64,000 bases of DNA, taken from NCBI GenBank assembly GCA_963693365.1, contig CAVNZM010000012.1:5012409-5076408 (forward strand), in the 5' to 3' direction. Below are positions 17,648-32,206 of the stretch, one piece after another; position 1 is the stretch's first letter, and each line of letters begins with the position of its first letter. The position numbers and the translations under genes are program-made. Source of the DNA: Amoebidium appalachense. Taxonomy: Eukaryota > Protista > Ichthyosporea. Under the pieces are notes generated by a model. The model did no database searches and was not told the origin of the DNA. It saw only the letters and a list, made by a program, of their open reading frames with translations.

Positions 17648-19237
17648 TCACTCACCTCCACTCCCCGCCCCCCGACACCCGCGCCCCCTGCTCCCAACAC
17701 CACCACTAATACCCCCATGCCTGTTGATACTACCCTGCCCTTCCCATGATCCCCGAGACTCGCTCACGTTGAAATTTCCCCTTTCTGAAATTATGACGCC
17801 GGCACCGACATGTATGTCCAATGTCACCGGTTGCACCATTATCTCGGCGAAAGAATCGACAGAGGAATCGTGATCCATTTGCATATGCAGACCCTCGAAC
17901 GGTGCGTGTCGGTCGTGGGTGTACGGCATAACGTTCACCTCACATGGAATCCTGTCCTTATGCCCCCGGGGCCCGGGTCCGGCCCACCCCCACGAAGAAG
18001 AATTAATGTTAGAATGTTCGTTTCTGTCCCTAAAATATCCCGTTTCATGATTTTGGGCGGTGTTTTGACGGCGAAAATCATCATAAACTTTGTTATTGTC
18101 CTGGGGTGCGGGTGCAGAGTCGAAGAAGCTGTCACAGCTGCGGTGGTGAGACCTGGGGTATACTGGGGGGTGAAGGCTCGGTGCGAAATGACTGTCCGGA
18201 TCCCTGGGCTGGTGCATACTCAAATCGCTCTCCCTGTCGTTGTTAAAGTCTCGGGAAAGAAGGTTGTCAACGCTCCATATAAGGTTATCTTTAGTCGGGG
18301 TGGGATTCGGGACAGGTTCGATGGTACGGGTAGAGGTGTTGAATGTGCCTGTGGGGACGTGGAGGTGGGAGCTGTGTGTGCCGCCTGTCGTGTGTTCGGA
18401 ACGAGGCGAGGAGGGTGGACTACTCTGGGGCCGAGGAGCCAGGAAGCCACCGCGTGTTGTTGGTAACTCATCATAACTGTAGCTGAAAGAATGACCGTCC
18501 ATTTCCTCTGAGCGACCACTCGAGATGAATGAAGAAGAATCACAAGCCCACGGGGACAATTCGGCCGTACTACTATTAGTCTGCCGCCCGTCTTGTGGCG
18601 ATGAGGGGCTGTTGGTGCGCTCGTACGGGGAGAAGGAGCGTGTTTGGGCCGTCCATGCTGGGTGTGTGTGCTGGTTCGTGTCCTCCTCATCCATGGAGAT
18701 AGGTAGCTCATGTTCGAACTCCGGCGCAGAAATGAAATTTGTGTTGGTGTCGTAGTAGGAAACCCCAACTGAGATGTGTGTGTTGTGAGCCTGCATGCGG
18801 TTGTTGTGTGCAGAGTCAAAGGATTCGCTGTTTAGCGCACCATGCGCCCGGCATTCCTGCATGTGAGAACTCGAGTGGATCTCTTCAGAAATAGGGTTGC
18901 CGCTCACTAGCTCCATGTTGTATGAGTCCATTGCAGACATGCTGTTTGTTCTGCGCAGAGTGACTGGTGTTGGCTGTGTCATGTGCGGTGTTTTTGGTTT
19001 GCTCCCTGTTGCCTTTGCCACCGAGCCCTTTGAAGAACTGCGTGGGGCGCGTGTAACACGGGGAGGCCACACCAGGGCTCTGTCTTGGTGTTTACGGCGC
19101 AGATGTGTGCGGAGGGACGCGTCTGTGCTGTATGCCTTGGCACAGTCTGCATGCGGGCAGACGGCCAAAGGCTGTCCTGTGCCCGCCAATTCTCGTGCAT
19201 CCGTCTGCCACAGTGTGTTTGGCTTCGAATTCTGCAT
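17648..19237 (-). CDS. Single C2H2 zinc-finger protein (paralogue 2, 529 aa, intronless CDS)
   Basis: Long non-repetitive ORF containing CPHADCAKAYSTDASLRTHLRRKHQDRA, close to the finger of the 2246-3574 gene. The rest is S/P/H/T-rich. Confidence 0.8.
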   Translation of the reverse strand: MQNSKPNTLWQTDARELAGTGQPLAVCPHADCAKAYSTDASLRTHLRRKHQDRALVWPPRVTRAPRSSSKGSVAKATGSKPKTPHMTQPTPVTLRRTNSMSAMDSYNMELVSGNPISEEIHSSSHMQECRAHGALNSESFDSAHNNRMQAHNTHISVGVSYYDTNTNFISAPEFEHELPISMDEEDTNQHTHPAWTAQTRSFSPYERTNSPSSPQDGRQTNSSTAELSPWACDSSSFISSGRSEEMDGHSFSYSYDELPTTRGGFLAPRPQSSPPSSPRSEHTTGGTHSSHLHVPTGTFNTSTRTIEPVPNPTPTKDNLIWSVDNLLSRDFNNDRESDLSMHQPRDPDSHFAPSLHPPVYPRSHHRSCDSFFDSAPAPQDNNKVYDDFRRQNTAQNHETGYFRDRNEHSNINSSSWGWAGPGPRGHKDRIPCEVNVMPYTHDRHAPFEGLHMQMDHDSSVDSFAEIMVQPVTLDIHVGAGVIISERGNFNVSESRGSWEGQGSINRHGGISGGVGSRGRGCRGAGSGGE

Positions 19238-20667
19238 CTTAGAGCTAATATGTTTAGTTACTACTTACTAGGCTGAAAACCACAATTAAAACGTGAGTTA
19301 GTCGACAAGCCTACGGTAATGCTAATCCGCCTGCTATATTCACGTGGCAAAATGGAGAGAGTGTTGGGGCCAGGTTGGGTTTTGGTTTTGGTTTGGGCTG
19401 GCGCTGACGAAGTATGTATGTTGTTTTTCGCATTCTAATTGGTTTCTTTACTCATCGGTGCATCTTCCGACCAATCAACTACGGCAGCGGTAAGCGGTTC
19501 AGTATGTACTGGCACCGTCCCTAGAGTAAACAAAAATCTAAATAATGAATTGTAGTGTGATGAAAAACAGAAGCGAGTAGTCTAACTTAATCTTTTGTGT
19601 GTCTGCGTTGACGTTTGAAGCCAAGATTCAGAATCGTGCCTGAAGTAGTTAGTAAGTACAGTTTACACTGGCAGTCTGGCACAATCAGCCAACCGACAGA
19701 GATGTGTGACACCGATTTCCGATTGGTAGATCTAATTAAGCCAATCATATGCCACAATGCCAACCATGCGCTCTATATGATAGACCAAAAATGCACCATA
19801 GATGTAATCCCCCGGGACTCTGCTTGCGTCACACGTATTTTTTTTCTTTTTCTTTTGACTCGGTTTTATTGATCCGTTGACGAAGGCAGCGTGCAGCCAC
19901 AGGCTACATAACCACCAATAGAACTAAAAAAGCCAAAGCTACGAAATAAAAATAAAGCGACAAGTGACAAAGGACACCAGGCTGCCGGCAAAACCTTAAG
20001 TTTGCTCCAACTAGTCGACGTCATATGCATCGATGTTGACCAGACCACATTCCGCAAGAAGGCATATGTATGAATACATAGCTTGAGTCGCTGACAGTTT
20101 CCAACTTTCACTTCGTTGATCAATTACGTTAATACAAGTACTAGTTTACATGTAAGACTTAGAACTAGATTAGAATTATTAGAACTACACACTGAAATTG
20201 GCGATAGACATCAAACGCTTTTGCCATCATTCTTGTTTTTCAATAGAATCTCCATAGACTCGAATAGATCTGAATAACCGTCGGAGGCAACAGTGCCGCA
20301 CGTCGCGCCGCGGTGGCATATTCACTGATCATGATCGCTGGGCGGCGTTTTGGATATCGTGAGTCCGGCGATCATCATTCCGGCCATCGTCAGATTGGCC
20401 ACCGGCGCCGGCCGCGGCAGCGAGCGCCGCAATACATATTGATATCAATATGTATCGATATCAGATGTGACATGTACATATCTAATAGATATGCTGCAAC
20501 TAGTAACTGATATTATAAGGACCTCAAAAAAATAAACGGGCGATACCGTACCCCCGGGTATCACATTTGCAAAATATAAAGCCCTCTGCAGAAAATGCCA
20601 CGCTGTGCCGCCAAATATTGAAGCAACACCACATGGGGGGAGGGGGGGGGGGGGGGGGGGGGGGGAG

Positions 20668-20706
<39 letters not shown>

Positions 20707-20801
20707 GGGAGCGAGAGAGCTCGAGAGGGAGGGATTAAGAGAGAGGGAGAGAGAGAGAGAGATGGGTAGGGAGATGTCCTGCGTCCGTGTGGCTCTCTCT
20801 C

Positions 20802-20875
<74 letters not shown>

Positions 20876-20963
20876 CTCTCTTTTCTAGTCTCTCTCTCTC
20901 TCTCAGGCTTCCCCCACCCTCCCCCCCGGCCCCCCTCATCCCTCCCTCCCTCCCTCTCTCCGA

Positions 20964-21004
<41 letters not shown>

Positions 21005-21116
21005 CCCTCCCCCCCCCCCCCCCCCCCCCCCCCGGAGGGTGTCTCTCTCTCTCTCAGTCTCTCTCTCTCCCCGACTTTCTCTCTCTCCCCGTGTGTGTGC
21101 AACACAGCGCACGCGC

Positions 21117-21161
<45 letters not shown>

Positions 21162-21284
21162 TGCGGTGTGCGTGGACGTGTGTATGTGCAGGTGCGTGCG
21201 CGCGCGTGTGTGTGCTCGTGCGTGTGCATGTACGCGTGTGTGAGTGAGTGAATGCATTATCATTGCATGCGTGCATGCGTGTTT

Positions 21285-21597
<313 letters not shown>

Positions 21598-21731
21598 CTT
21601 TTTACTACACGCGCGCGCGCGTGTGCGTGCGTTCGTGCGTGCGTGTGTGTGCGCGCGCGCGCACGCGTGTGTGTAGTATGCCACTGTGTGTGTGTTGTGT
21701 TGTGTCTGTGTGTAAGTGTGTGTGTGTGCGT

Positions 21732-21882
<151 letters not shown>

Positions 21883-22326
21883 TCACAATGTGTGTGTTAA
21901 AATTGCATTCTTTTTAGGCCCCCCGGCCACAGGGAGCACAAACAGGCAAACTTTCTGACACCGTATCACGGTACATATGAACATAATTGACTGTCAGAAC
22001 ACACAGCCGGATACTATAGAACATACACACGTATACCGTGGTCGGGTAGTTAATCCGATTCAACGAGTAGGCTGTGCTGAATGGGCCTGCCCCCCCCTGC
22101 CCCCCCCCCCCCCCCCGCCCCTTCCTCCCCTGGCCCTTTATAATGCAGTATAATAGCAGCAACACGTGCGCGTGCATGCACACACACACACACGTGCACA
22201 CACACACACACGCACGTACACACACACACACACATACACACGCGTACACACACACACACACACACACGTACACACACACACACACACACACACGTACACA
22301 CACGTACACACACACACACACACACA

Positions 22327-22360
<34 letters not shown>

Positions 22361-22794
22361 ATCGGCACACCGGCACACGTGCACACATCTACTAATAAAA
22401 ACTTTACAATTGGTTCTACTTGGGGGGGGGCACGCCTGTCGAGCCTGTAGATTTTGGCATACGTAAAATGCTTTTGTGTGTTTTTGTGTGTGTATTGGTG
22501 TGCGTGTGTGTGTGTGTAGTGGGCGCGCGTGTGCCAGTTAGCTACACATTCACATGTTCAGTCTGAATATGAAGGAGTCGCGGTCACGTGACGAGGGAGG
22601 GTTTGGGCAGCTGCAGCGAAGAAGGAGCGGCCGGGGGGAGAGGCGGGGGAGGGGGGAGAAAGCTAGGGGGAGGAGGGGGATCGGAGTGCGTGGCACGGGG
22701 GGGGGCGGGAGAGGCCGGGGGGAGGGCCCCGCCGGGGGGGGGGGGGATTGGGGGACTCGCCCGGAAATACTACTAATATGACTGTCTATGCTTT

Positions 22795-22868
<74 letters not shown>

Positions 22869-23249
22869 TATCAAAATAGTGAGACGATATATATATATTC
22901 ATGTATGTATATATATAAATGTATATTTATATGTATTAAAATAATAAGACGGGTGCAGGAGGTACAAGCGCGCACACGGACAAATGTGATTCGCTAAGGT
23001 AGCTGGAATGCTGGAATCAAATCCCGTTGATCTAAAAATAGCATATACCGATGAGTGAATGCATCGACAAACAAATTTCTTCACGTTGCTACTGTTTCTA
23101 TCAGAAAATCCCCTGTATCTGTGGTACTTGGACTTGGCCCCTAAGTAATGCTCCCCGGCCCCGGGGGGAAACGTTAACCCGCCCACAGGAGCTTCCCCAC
23201 GGCCACTCCCCCCCCCCCCCCCTCCCCCTTCCCCTCCTCCCCCTCCTCC

Positions 23250-23296
<47 letters not shown>

Positions 23297-23585
23297 GGCC
23301 CCGGCCGTCCCCGACTTCCTGCTTCCAAATTTCCCGACTCTCACTCATTTCCCCCCCCTCCCCCCATCCCTCCCCCATCCTCCCCCCCTCCCTCCCCCAC
23401 CTACAGACAAACACACAGACAAACACACACACACACGCATGCACGTACTGCGTGACACACGCCCACACACCCACACCCACACACGCACACCCACACACTC
23501 AAAAATAGATAGATACAACGTTTAAATGTGCGGAGCTGGGGCCAGGGGCCAGGGGACTTAATCGCAAACTCTAAGTAAGGGATTG

Positions 23586-23620
<35 letters not shown>

Positions 23621-23714
23621 GTTTGTTTGATTGTTTGTTTAAAATTTGTTTGTTTGTTTGTTCACTTGGGGGATGGGGGGGTGGACACTAGTGGGATGGG
23701 GTGGCGCCGGAGGT

Positions 23715-23778
<64 letters not shown>

Positions 23779-24302
23779 TGTGTATGTGTGTGTATTTTTT
23801 TTTTTTGGGGGGGGGGGGGGGGAGAGGGGGAGAGAGGGGGGGGGGGGGGCGCGGGGGAGGGGGAGGGGGGGGGGGGGGGGTGTAGAGGGGGGGGGGGGAG
23901 ATAGCGTGCTATCTTATGGTTTTTGTGAGCAGACAGGTGAATTGCTCTAGCGGGGCGAGGTTGGTGTTTGTGTGTGTGCACGTGGGAGGGGGTGGAGAAG
24001 GAGGGGATGGAATATGTTTCGGGACGGGGAGGGGGGCGCCCATCCCCCCCCCCCCCCCCCCCCCCCCCCACCAAAAAAAAAAAAAAAAAAAAATATTGGA
24101 GTAACTGTTGATGATCATCATGACACGTGCATACACGCGCATACACACAACACACACAACAAGCACACACACACGCACACACAAACCCAGTGGCAATCAC
24201 CCATGCACACCCACCCACCCACCCACACCCACCCACACCCACCCACACACACCCACACAATAACACAGACATACACTGACGAACACAGACACACACACAC
24301 AC

Positions 24303-24387
<85 letters not shown>

Positions 24388-24673
24388 TGAGTCACGCATA
24401 TGTACACACCACAATACATAATCATACGGGATTTACGCAGTTTACTCGAGGCAAAGAGAGGCCAGTCTTACCGGGGGGTTTTTGCTTGGGATATATCCCC
24501 TCAGCGGTATATCATGATCAAGTACATAGATGTCGGGTGATGGTTATATATCAGGGGTTTCTTACTCTACGAAGCACCATAAAGACTAAGAACAAAATCA
24601 ATTAGTTGGGTCCCCCCTTCCCCCTCCCCCCCTTTTTTTTAAACGGCTCCCCTGGGACACTCAGTATCAGCTG

Positions 24674-24725
<52 letters not shown>

Positions 24726-25041
24726 GAGTTTTTGTAATTTTGTGTTTCTCAAGCCAATCAATACATCTAATAAACAAATCCGCTGAGTCACGTGTGTGGA
24801 TATCATCGCAGAAACGTTCCTGAAAACTTCTCCCTATTTTTACGGATCATTCTTTCTCCCTCTGTCTCTTTGATAATTTTAAATTTCACCTGCTCTTTAG
24901 TCTCCCCCCCCCCTCTCTTTCTCTCTATCCCTTTCTCTCCCTCCCCCCCCTCCCTCTCTCTCTGCCCTTCCCCCCCTCCCCCCCCCCCCCCCCCCCCCCC
25001 GGGCCCCCCGCCGTGACTCTCTCCCTCTCTCGCTTGAGGAT

Positions 25042-25073
<32 letters not shown>

Positions 25074-25639
25074 CTCTCTCTATTTCGAATTCTCTCTCTC
25101 GTTTCCTCTCCCACATCTCTCTGTCTTCCCCCCCCCCCCCCCCCCCCCCAGAGACTCCCTCGCTTTTGTATTCTCTGGTGCACAAATGAGTAGGGATGCA
25201 TCAACAACAACACACACGCAAGCGCCGCGGCGCACGCGCGCACACACATTGTCAAGCACAAACGTGCACACACATGGTGGCACTCGTATGTGTGTGCTCG
25301 CATGTCAAGCATCATAATATAGGAACTTCAATGAGGCTGTTTATTGTAATAACACTTATTTTCAACTGTCAAATGTCCAAATAGGATAAAATTTATCATA
25401 TTTAAGTTCTCAGGGCCAACATTGTGCTTTGAGAAATATGCATAGATGCCATCTTCGTTTCTTTCAAACATAACATTCTCATGCCAGGGGAACCCGTTTC
25501 ATACGAAACTGAACGCAACATTACACATGCCTTCAAACTTATACAAAGACATACACGAAAATACATCACTTGACTGGCAATACATACACCTAATAACCAT
25601 GATCGCATTTCGTTTTTCTTCGGTAAAGCTTTTCTTCAG

Positions 25640-27544
25640 TTAATTATACGCGTTAAGCACGGCAGCAGTTAACAAAACATCGAGTTCGGTAGGGTTCAAA
25701 CCCAAAAAATTAAAGTCTGAGTGGTGGTTGGATCCCACTCGCGAGCGTGTATCACCGTCATGCAACTGTTGGCCCTTGCTGCGCAGACCAATAGGAGCTG
25801 GGTATTGATTACCATATCCGGGTTGCAGCTGCTGAGGCTGCAACGGAAGGGTACTGGTGCGTGCGAGCCGTTGCTTGCTCGGGTGGGTCGGCGCCGGGAC
25901 ATTGGAAATATGGTGGTGGTGGGTCACTATACTCTCGTCCGATATTGTCAACGAACTCCTACGGTCGGAAATCTGCGGCGACGCTGGGGCCTGGTGGTTG
26001 GTGGACGCCGGCGCGGTGATTTGGGCTCGGGTCCTACCGTCTTGAATGAGCCGACGTTTATCCGCCAGCGACGTCGCCGTGACTGATTTGGCGGGCGGCA
26101 TGGACGTGGATTCGAGCAGTTCACCGATGAAATCCAAAAGCTGGGCGTCCGCGATTACACCGGAACCGTCTCTATCCGAAACCCCGCCCGGGGGGCGCCG
26201 TTTGGGGTTGTGCTGACATCGCGCCACGGCCAAGCTCCGATGGACACATGCTGAGTCGCCGGCTGGCGGGCGTGTGTCCGCCGGCGACCCACTCCTGCTT
26301 GTCAACGTCAACGGAAACCATGCTGGATCGACGGGAGAGACTTGCCTTACGTTCGACCTTTTCGTGTCGGACGGACCCACTTGCCCTCCGTTCCAATTTC
26401 TCCACTGAGCGGAAAGAGTCGATTGGATTTGCACCCCCCGGTGCGTGCGTAGGGTAGCGATGTTTGGCGTGTTGCCAACGGCTTCTGTGCGCGCGTTGTC
26501 GGAAGAGGGGCCGGGAGTGGGGCGACGAAAGAATCGCCGGCTTCGTGGTGGCCGCGATGGAAAGAGTTGACACTATCGCTAGAGGAATGTGCCGTAACAT
26601 ACATAGGAGACATGGCCTGGCTGCTTTCGTCGGTGTTTTCGTGCATGCTCGAACTCCGTCCGTACCTGCCAATGTTCCTCAGGTCCACCTCGAGTATGAT
26701 CTCTTCGAGGGATTCGAGCAAACGCGTGGCCATCGGGTCATCGCACGGGGCTGCCCAACGGGATATATCTGGCTTGTCGTCGTCGATGGATAACACTGCG
26801 CCATGCTGATGCATGCCATTGGCATTGGTGAGTTGCGCGTTTCAGTTTGTTCGCTCTGGTTGACAGACGCTACAAAAGCCTCGAGAGACGAAAATATGTC
26901 GTCTGGGTGGGGGGGTAAGTTGGGTTTGTGGTGGTCGTCACTCTCCCGTCTACGCTGTTGTGTGTGCTGCGTGTGCAACATGTCGGGGAGAGACTGACTC
27001 CCCTTTGTGCATGACTTCCACATCCCTCCGTACGAATCCCCACAATCCGCCGTCTCCTGAATGCTGATGCTGCGATCTGTCCATTGACCAACGCGCGGTC
27101 GATGCGGATTAACATGCGTGTCCGGCATGCTCATAGATCGCTGAACCTTGCCATGACATACCGGGGCAACTTCCTGCGGAGATGCAGTTCGTAGGGCCAG
27201 TGGGACCGGGCCATTAGTGTGGACCAACGGCCCACTGCTGGCACCCTGAACAGGCATCACGTAGGGTTGGGGATAAGCGGCAGGCTGGGGCTGGGCTGGT
27301 GTGATCAACACAGGTTTTGAAAATGATGGGGGGGTCATCAGGGGGGTTCCTTTGCTCTGAAGGGGTCTTAGGCGCTGTTGTGAAAATCCCATGTCGCGCT
27401 CTCGCTCTCGCTCGAGTTTTTCCTGGGGTAGGACGTGTGCGCGGTCTTGGTGCTTTTTACGCAGATGGTTTCGTAGGGAGGCCTCGGTCCCGTACCTGTT
27501 GTGTCGAGATGCAAACAAATTAGGACAAGAAAAGCAAGAGGATG

Positions 27545-27577
<33 letters not shown>

Positions 27578-28179
27578 GGGTTTTCTTTGTGCTTGGCTGC
27601 CGCAGTGGGAGGACTCATGCATTCTATCACAGTGGTATAACCCACAGTTTGTTATATTCTATCGGTCTTTAAGCAACAATCAGATTATGATGTGCTGATC
27701 GATGAGGTACTGAAGATTGTTATTCATAGCAACAGCCTAAGCTATATCGCAGGGGCCCTAGCTCTTCACAGTGTCTCACCGAAACAATGAGGTACTTAAG
27801 ATTGTTGTTCATAGCAACAGCCTCAGCTATATCGCAGGGGCCCTAGCCCTTTACAGTGTCTCACCGAAACAAAAACACAGTGTCTCACCGAAACAAAAAA
27901 ACACGAGTCTGTGCTCCTTCTTGCATACCACTCTTCCATTCGGTTTCTTCTAAAGGCTTAGATCTAGGAGCACACAACACAAAAGCAAACCATGCCCTGC
28001 CTAAACTAACCGGTAACACTACAGGAATATTGCACACATGGAAATGATGAGACAAGGGGGGCTTACATTCTATTGCAGCGCGGGCACGGCATAGTCTTAG
28101 GGGTCGACCCGTTGTACATCCCACCGGCATTTGCAGTTCCGGTGGACTGAGAGGTTGCATGCATAACGACAGAACCCAT
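25640..28179 (-). CDS. Single C2H2 zinc-finger protein (paralogue 3); two exons, exon 2 with apparent frameshifts (assembly errors or pseudogene)
   Basis: Exon 1 is 28067-28179 (MGSVVMH...PCPRCNR+AT, donor GTAAGC). Intron 27496-28066 has a pyrimidine tract, CTAAT and CAG. Splicing gives CPRCNRMYGTEASLRNHLRKKHQDRA. Protein-like sequence then continues through overlapping ORFs in different frames (26679-27495, 26347-26814, 26172-26672, 25640-26434). Confidence 0.68.
27702..27896. repeat. 85-bp tandem duplication plus a short partial third copy inside the zinc-finger gene intron
   Basis: atgaggtac...cagtgtctcaccgaaaca starts at 27702 and 27787 with a few substitutions; acagtgtctcaccgaaacaaaa is repeated once more. 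Confidence 0.92.
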
Positions 28180-29279
28180 CTTGGAAAAAAAATACTAATG
28201 GAAAACACGGAGTGGTGAGTGTTATGACACAAGTTTGGAGTGGCCCGAAATCGAAACTCTATCTATAAGCAAACTAAACAAAGTGAGTATTCTTTCTTTC
28301 TTCTCCCGCCCGTAATGGTATATACAGAATTTGATAACGTGTGTGTTTAAAGGCTCAGAGATACTATTCTTCAACAACTGAAAGATTGTTAGGGCGTTGT
28401 GGCCTTCACAAAGCATCTGGCCAAATGATGGTTTATGTGCGTGCAATGTAAACAACTAACACGCATCTGCGCTATAGCTCTAGAAACCCCTATGAACCCA
28501 CCCCATGTAGAACATGCCGTGTTTCTATGTAGCCAACATGTGATAGCAATCATTGATAGTTCAGGCGAACTGTGGGTGGTTTGGCAGAATGTAACGCAAT
28601 GATCTGAGAAGAGAGGTTGTTGTTGCGGGTTGACGATTCTTTGTTTCCTCAGTCAGGCAGGCTCCAGGGCGGATATTCTATCTGCCAAGGCGGGGATTTA
28701 TTTCTGCAATTTCCAAAATAAGTTGCCGAATCAAAAGATAATATTCCCTAATATCACTAGATTCCGGTAATCTTAGTTACTGTCTCCGGAATATTGTGAT
28801 GTTATGTTGGCAGCCCTCACAAAGTAAACAAACCCCACTCAGATTCTTTTCTTGTAAACAAAGATCACTAAATACTAAAACAGTCGCAATCCGTCTCTGA
28901 TTATACAGATGACTTCAGCAAGAACTAGTATTTATAAGCATATCTAATATAGGAAAATGTTTAGCCAAAATCTAGCAGTATAACTGTTTGAGCGAACACC
29001 AATCCCGCTTTCCTAGCTTTTTGAGAAGGACTGCTGGGTGAAATTCGTGAACCCCAAATTGAAAATATACATTCTTGGTCAAGGATATCCGGGACTCGAG
29101 GTATAGGAAGACACAGCGGGAGTGTGCGACAGCGAGCAATGATTGGGCCACCGAGATAGGGGGCAAATTAGATATGCAAAAAGACAGGCTCGAATTCGAC
29201 CAAAGTCGGCTCGTAGAATTTACCATGGCGTAGTACTTGAATAAAAGCTCAGAAACAGGGAAAATTTGATTTCCTATTG

Positions 29280-30020
29280 ATTATTATCGATTCCAAGTAG
29301 CAGAAGATAAAGATTTACTTAGGTTCGAGGAATCGAGAGTGTTTTGGACAGCATACAGATTGGAATTGCAGCATCCAATGGTTATTAGTATCCTCTAGTG
29401 CGATTCCTATTTCTGATAGGGCTACACTGAACCACCCAATAGGTTCGGGCCAATAGATTGTAGCGGCCGTGGTCAGGCGTCAGCACTGAAGGCTGTTGAA
29501 CGATGTGTTGTCTGATTTATGAATACTAATGGTGAAATGTGGGATGGACTTGCTGATGCATATCACGGTGTGGTTGAATAATACCCACGTGAAAGCTGTT
29601 TATTACATTCGCCCTACTTTTCTACGACCTGCACAACCTAATTAGAGACGTCGTATCACTTGTGGCTCTGGGCAGCCCGAGTCGGCGAGGGCCTGGATTG
29701 CGTCCAGGCATGCATTTTGTGCATTTTTTTCCGAATTGGTCGGCCAATGATGATGTAAAGTTCGGGAATTCGAAAGAAAAGAGGCTTTAAAAACTTCAGA
29801 AGAGCTAGCTGGCCCACATGTATGTACAATATAGATAACTAATAGCTGGGCAGACAGGCCGCTATCATCTTGATATTTCGGTAGCATTCGGGTCCAAGGA
29901 GGAGGCTCAATGTGCATCAGAGCAGCCACTGAATGATTATCATTATTGGACCATAAGCCACCGTGGCAGCCGCTGTGATGGTATAGTATGCATGACAGAA
30001 TGAGTGAGTGACGTCGACTC
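29280..30020 (+). mobile_element. Possible very decayed LTR-retrotransposon integrase/chromodomain relic
   Basis: Weak motifs in the expected order: YRFQVAE, RATLNHPIGSGQ (YHPQxxG-like), LKAVERCVV*FMNTNGEMWD..LLMHITVWLNNT, then LLDHK..WYSMHDRMSE*. Frameshifted and marginal. Confidence 0.3.
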
Positions 30021-30798
30021 GGGCTTGCAAAGCTTCCAAGGTTTTCAAGGCTCAAGATGACCAAAGTCCGTAGCTTTGGCAACATGACATCAGGGCTGAG
30101 GGCAATGGCATTCGAGACTCGTACAATGTGCACACGTGCCATTGTGCAGTCGCCAGAGTCGCCACCCGCAACGAACTTACCAGTGTCTTCAAGATTCTTC
30201 GTGTACTTTTGATATTTGACGTCGACCGTAGCCATAGATAGATAGTCACGTGCATATCAGGCAAGATCCCCATGGCCATACTCACGACGGCGTACATGTG
30301 TACTCGGTGACTTAACTATTTAGTATCTATGTGCATGCCATGTTCCATGTGGCTTCGCTCGCGCTAGCGCTGTACAGTACAGTAGTCTATGCTAGTTCAA
30401 AACTAAATTTCCTCATATATACCATATATGGTATATGAGACTATTGGTCCGTTATATCCCCACCAATCAAATCGAGTGCGATGCATGTGCATAACGGCAG
30501 ATCGTAATCCCCCATACTCCCTAACTCCCGATACTCAGTGGGGGCCGATAATCCTACATATGAAATGTGATCAATTACATAGTGCAATTTCAAAATGAAC
30601 CCTTTCTCCTTAAAACCAAATTTGAAACATGGCACCGTCATGGTTTGTGTACAATGTGGTACCTTGGACGGTCTAAGAACTGTAGATATCGAATATCTAT
30701 CGGATGACTGCAGTGCACGTGAGTGGGTCTGATGGGCACAGTCCCACCGACGCGATACGTGACGTCACGGCCAGTTAGTGACAGCACTGCCACCAGTA

Positions 30799-30857
<59 letters not shown>

Positions 30858-30925
30858 TGTCTATGTATATATGTAGAGAGAGCTGCCTGGGGTCGACCGG
30901 CCCGGGGTGTGTCACGTGTGTGTGT

Positions 30926-30978
<53 letters not shown>

Positions 30979-31247
30979 GGGAGGGCCCGGGAGGTAGACC
31001 GGGGGGGGCGCGCCTGGCCCATGGGAGGGCAGGAGAATCTCCATTACTGGCCTGTACATGTTACGACTCAGGAGGCCTAGTGCGAGGGGGAGGTTTCAAA
31101 TTTATGGTATTTTTTGATTAGTTTCAATTCAGCTAAATTTAATAATACTCTAATAAGAGGAGAGAGGCGAGAGTGAGAGAGCTGAGAGAGAGCTCGAGAG
31201 AGGGAGGGGGATCGCCCCTAGAAGGGGGGGGGGGGGGGGGGGGGGGG

Positions 31248-31304
<57 letters not shown>

Positions 31305-32154
31305 ATATATACAAGTAGGTCTGTGCGCCGGCTGTCGCCGGCGCCAAAACATAACGAGACAGTTATTGATGTTGGGTTGTGTGGTTGTTACCTCCCTCCC
31401 CCCTCCCCCCGGCCCCCCCCCTCCCTGGCCCCCCCGCCTCACGCTCCCCCCCCCCCCCCCCCGCCCCCCGCCCCCCCCCCCCCCCCCCCGGCCTTTTTTT
31501 TTTTGCGTACGGGTAGAAATAAATGCATCTTGCTGCTACACGTAACTTGGCGTTGTAACTGTAAAGTGCTATCCGTGGCACTAACAGTTCATGTTGGTGA
31601 ATCTGACGGGCATAACAATACTCCGGGTAGAAACGCCGGCCACAAATAACCCAAAATAAAAGTGTGGTAGCAAATAGACGACTTCTAGGTAATTCCTTTC
31701 ATTGTGTTCAACGTCTATGTGTGTGTGTGTGTGTGTGTGTGCACATGTGCATGTTTGTGTGTGTGCGAATGTGTGTGTGTGTGGGCCAAGTACTAGTGAA
31801 TTGGTTGTATGCGTTTTTGTCTTCTTAGTTGTTTTTGTATTCTATTCGATTATTACTTTGTGTGTACATGTGGAAAAAAAACAAATAAAAAAAAATTACC
31901 AATGACCACCGCCCAGCTTGAATCACCCTGCTCTCCAGTGCAATTATAAAAAAATAATCATTATCTGATCAGCGCTAGCCACAAACCCTTCTACAAAAAA
32001 AAATGTCATATTCACATTACTGAGTTGATTTAGTTGTGTTTTTTACTCTATTTTTTTTCAACAACTGTCTGCCTATATCTATTAAACATTAAAATGTACA
32101 TGTGTTTGTGTGTGTGTGTGTGTGTGTGTACATGTGCCACGGCCGGTGTGCGTA

Positions 32155-32206
<52 letters not shown>

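Noticed and set aside
29642-30235. 197-aa minus-strand ORF
   Set aside because: No recognisable domain, and it overlaps weak plus-strand retroelement traces. Not supportable as a gene.
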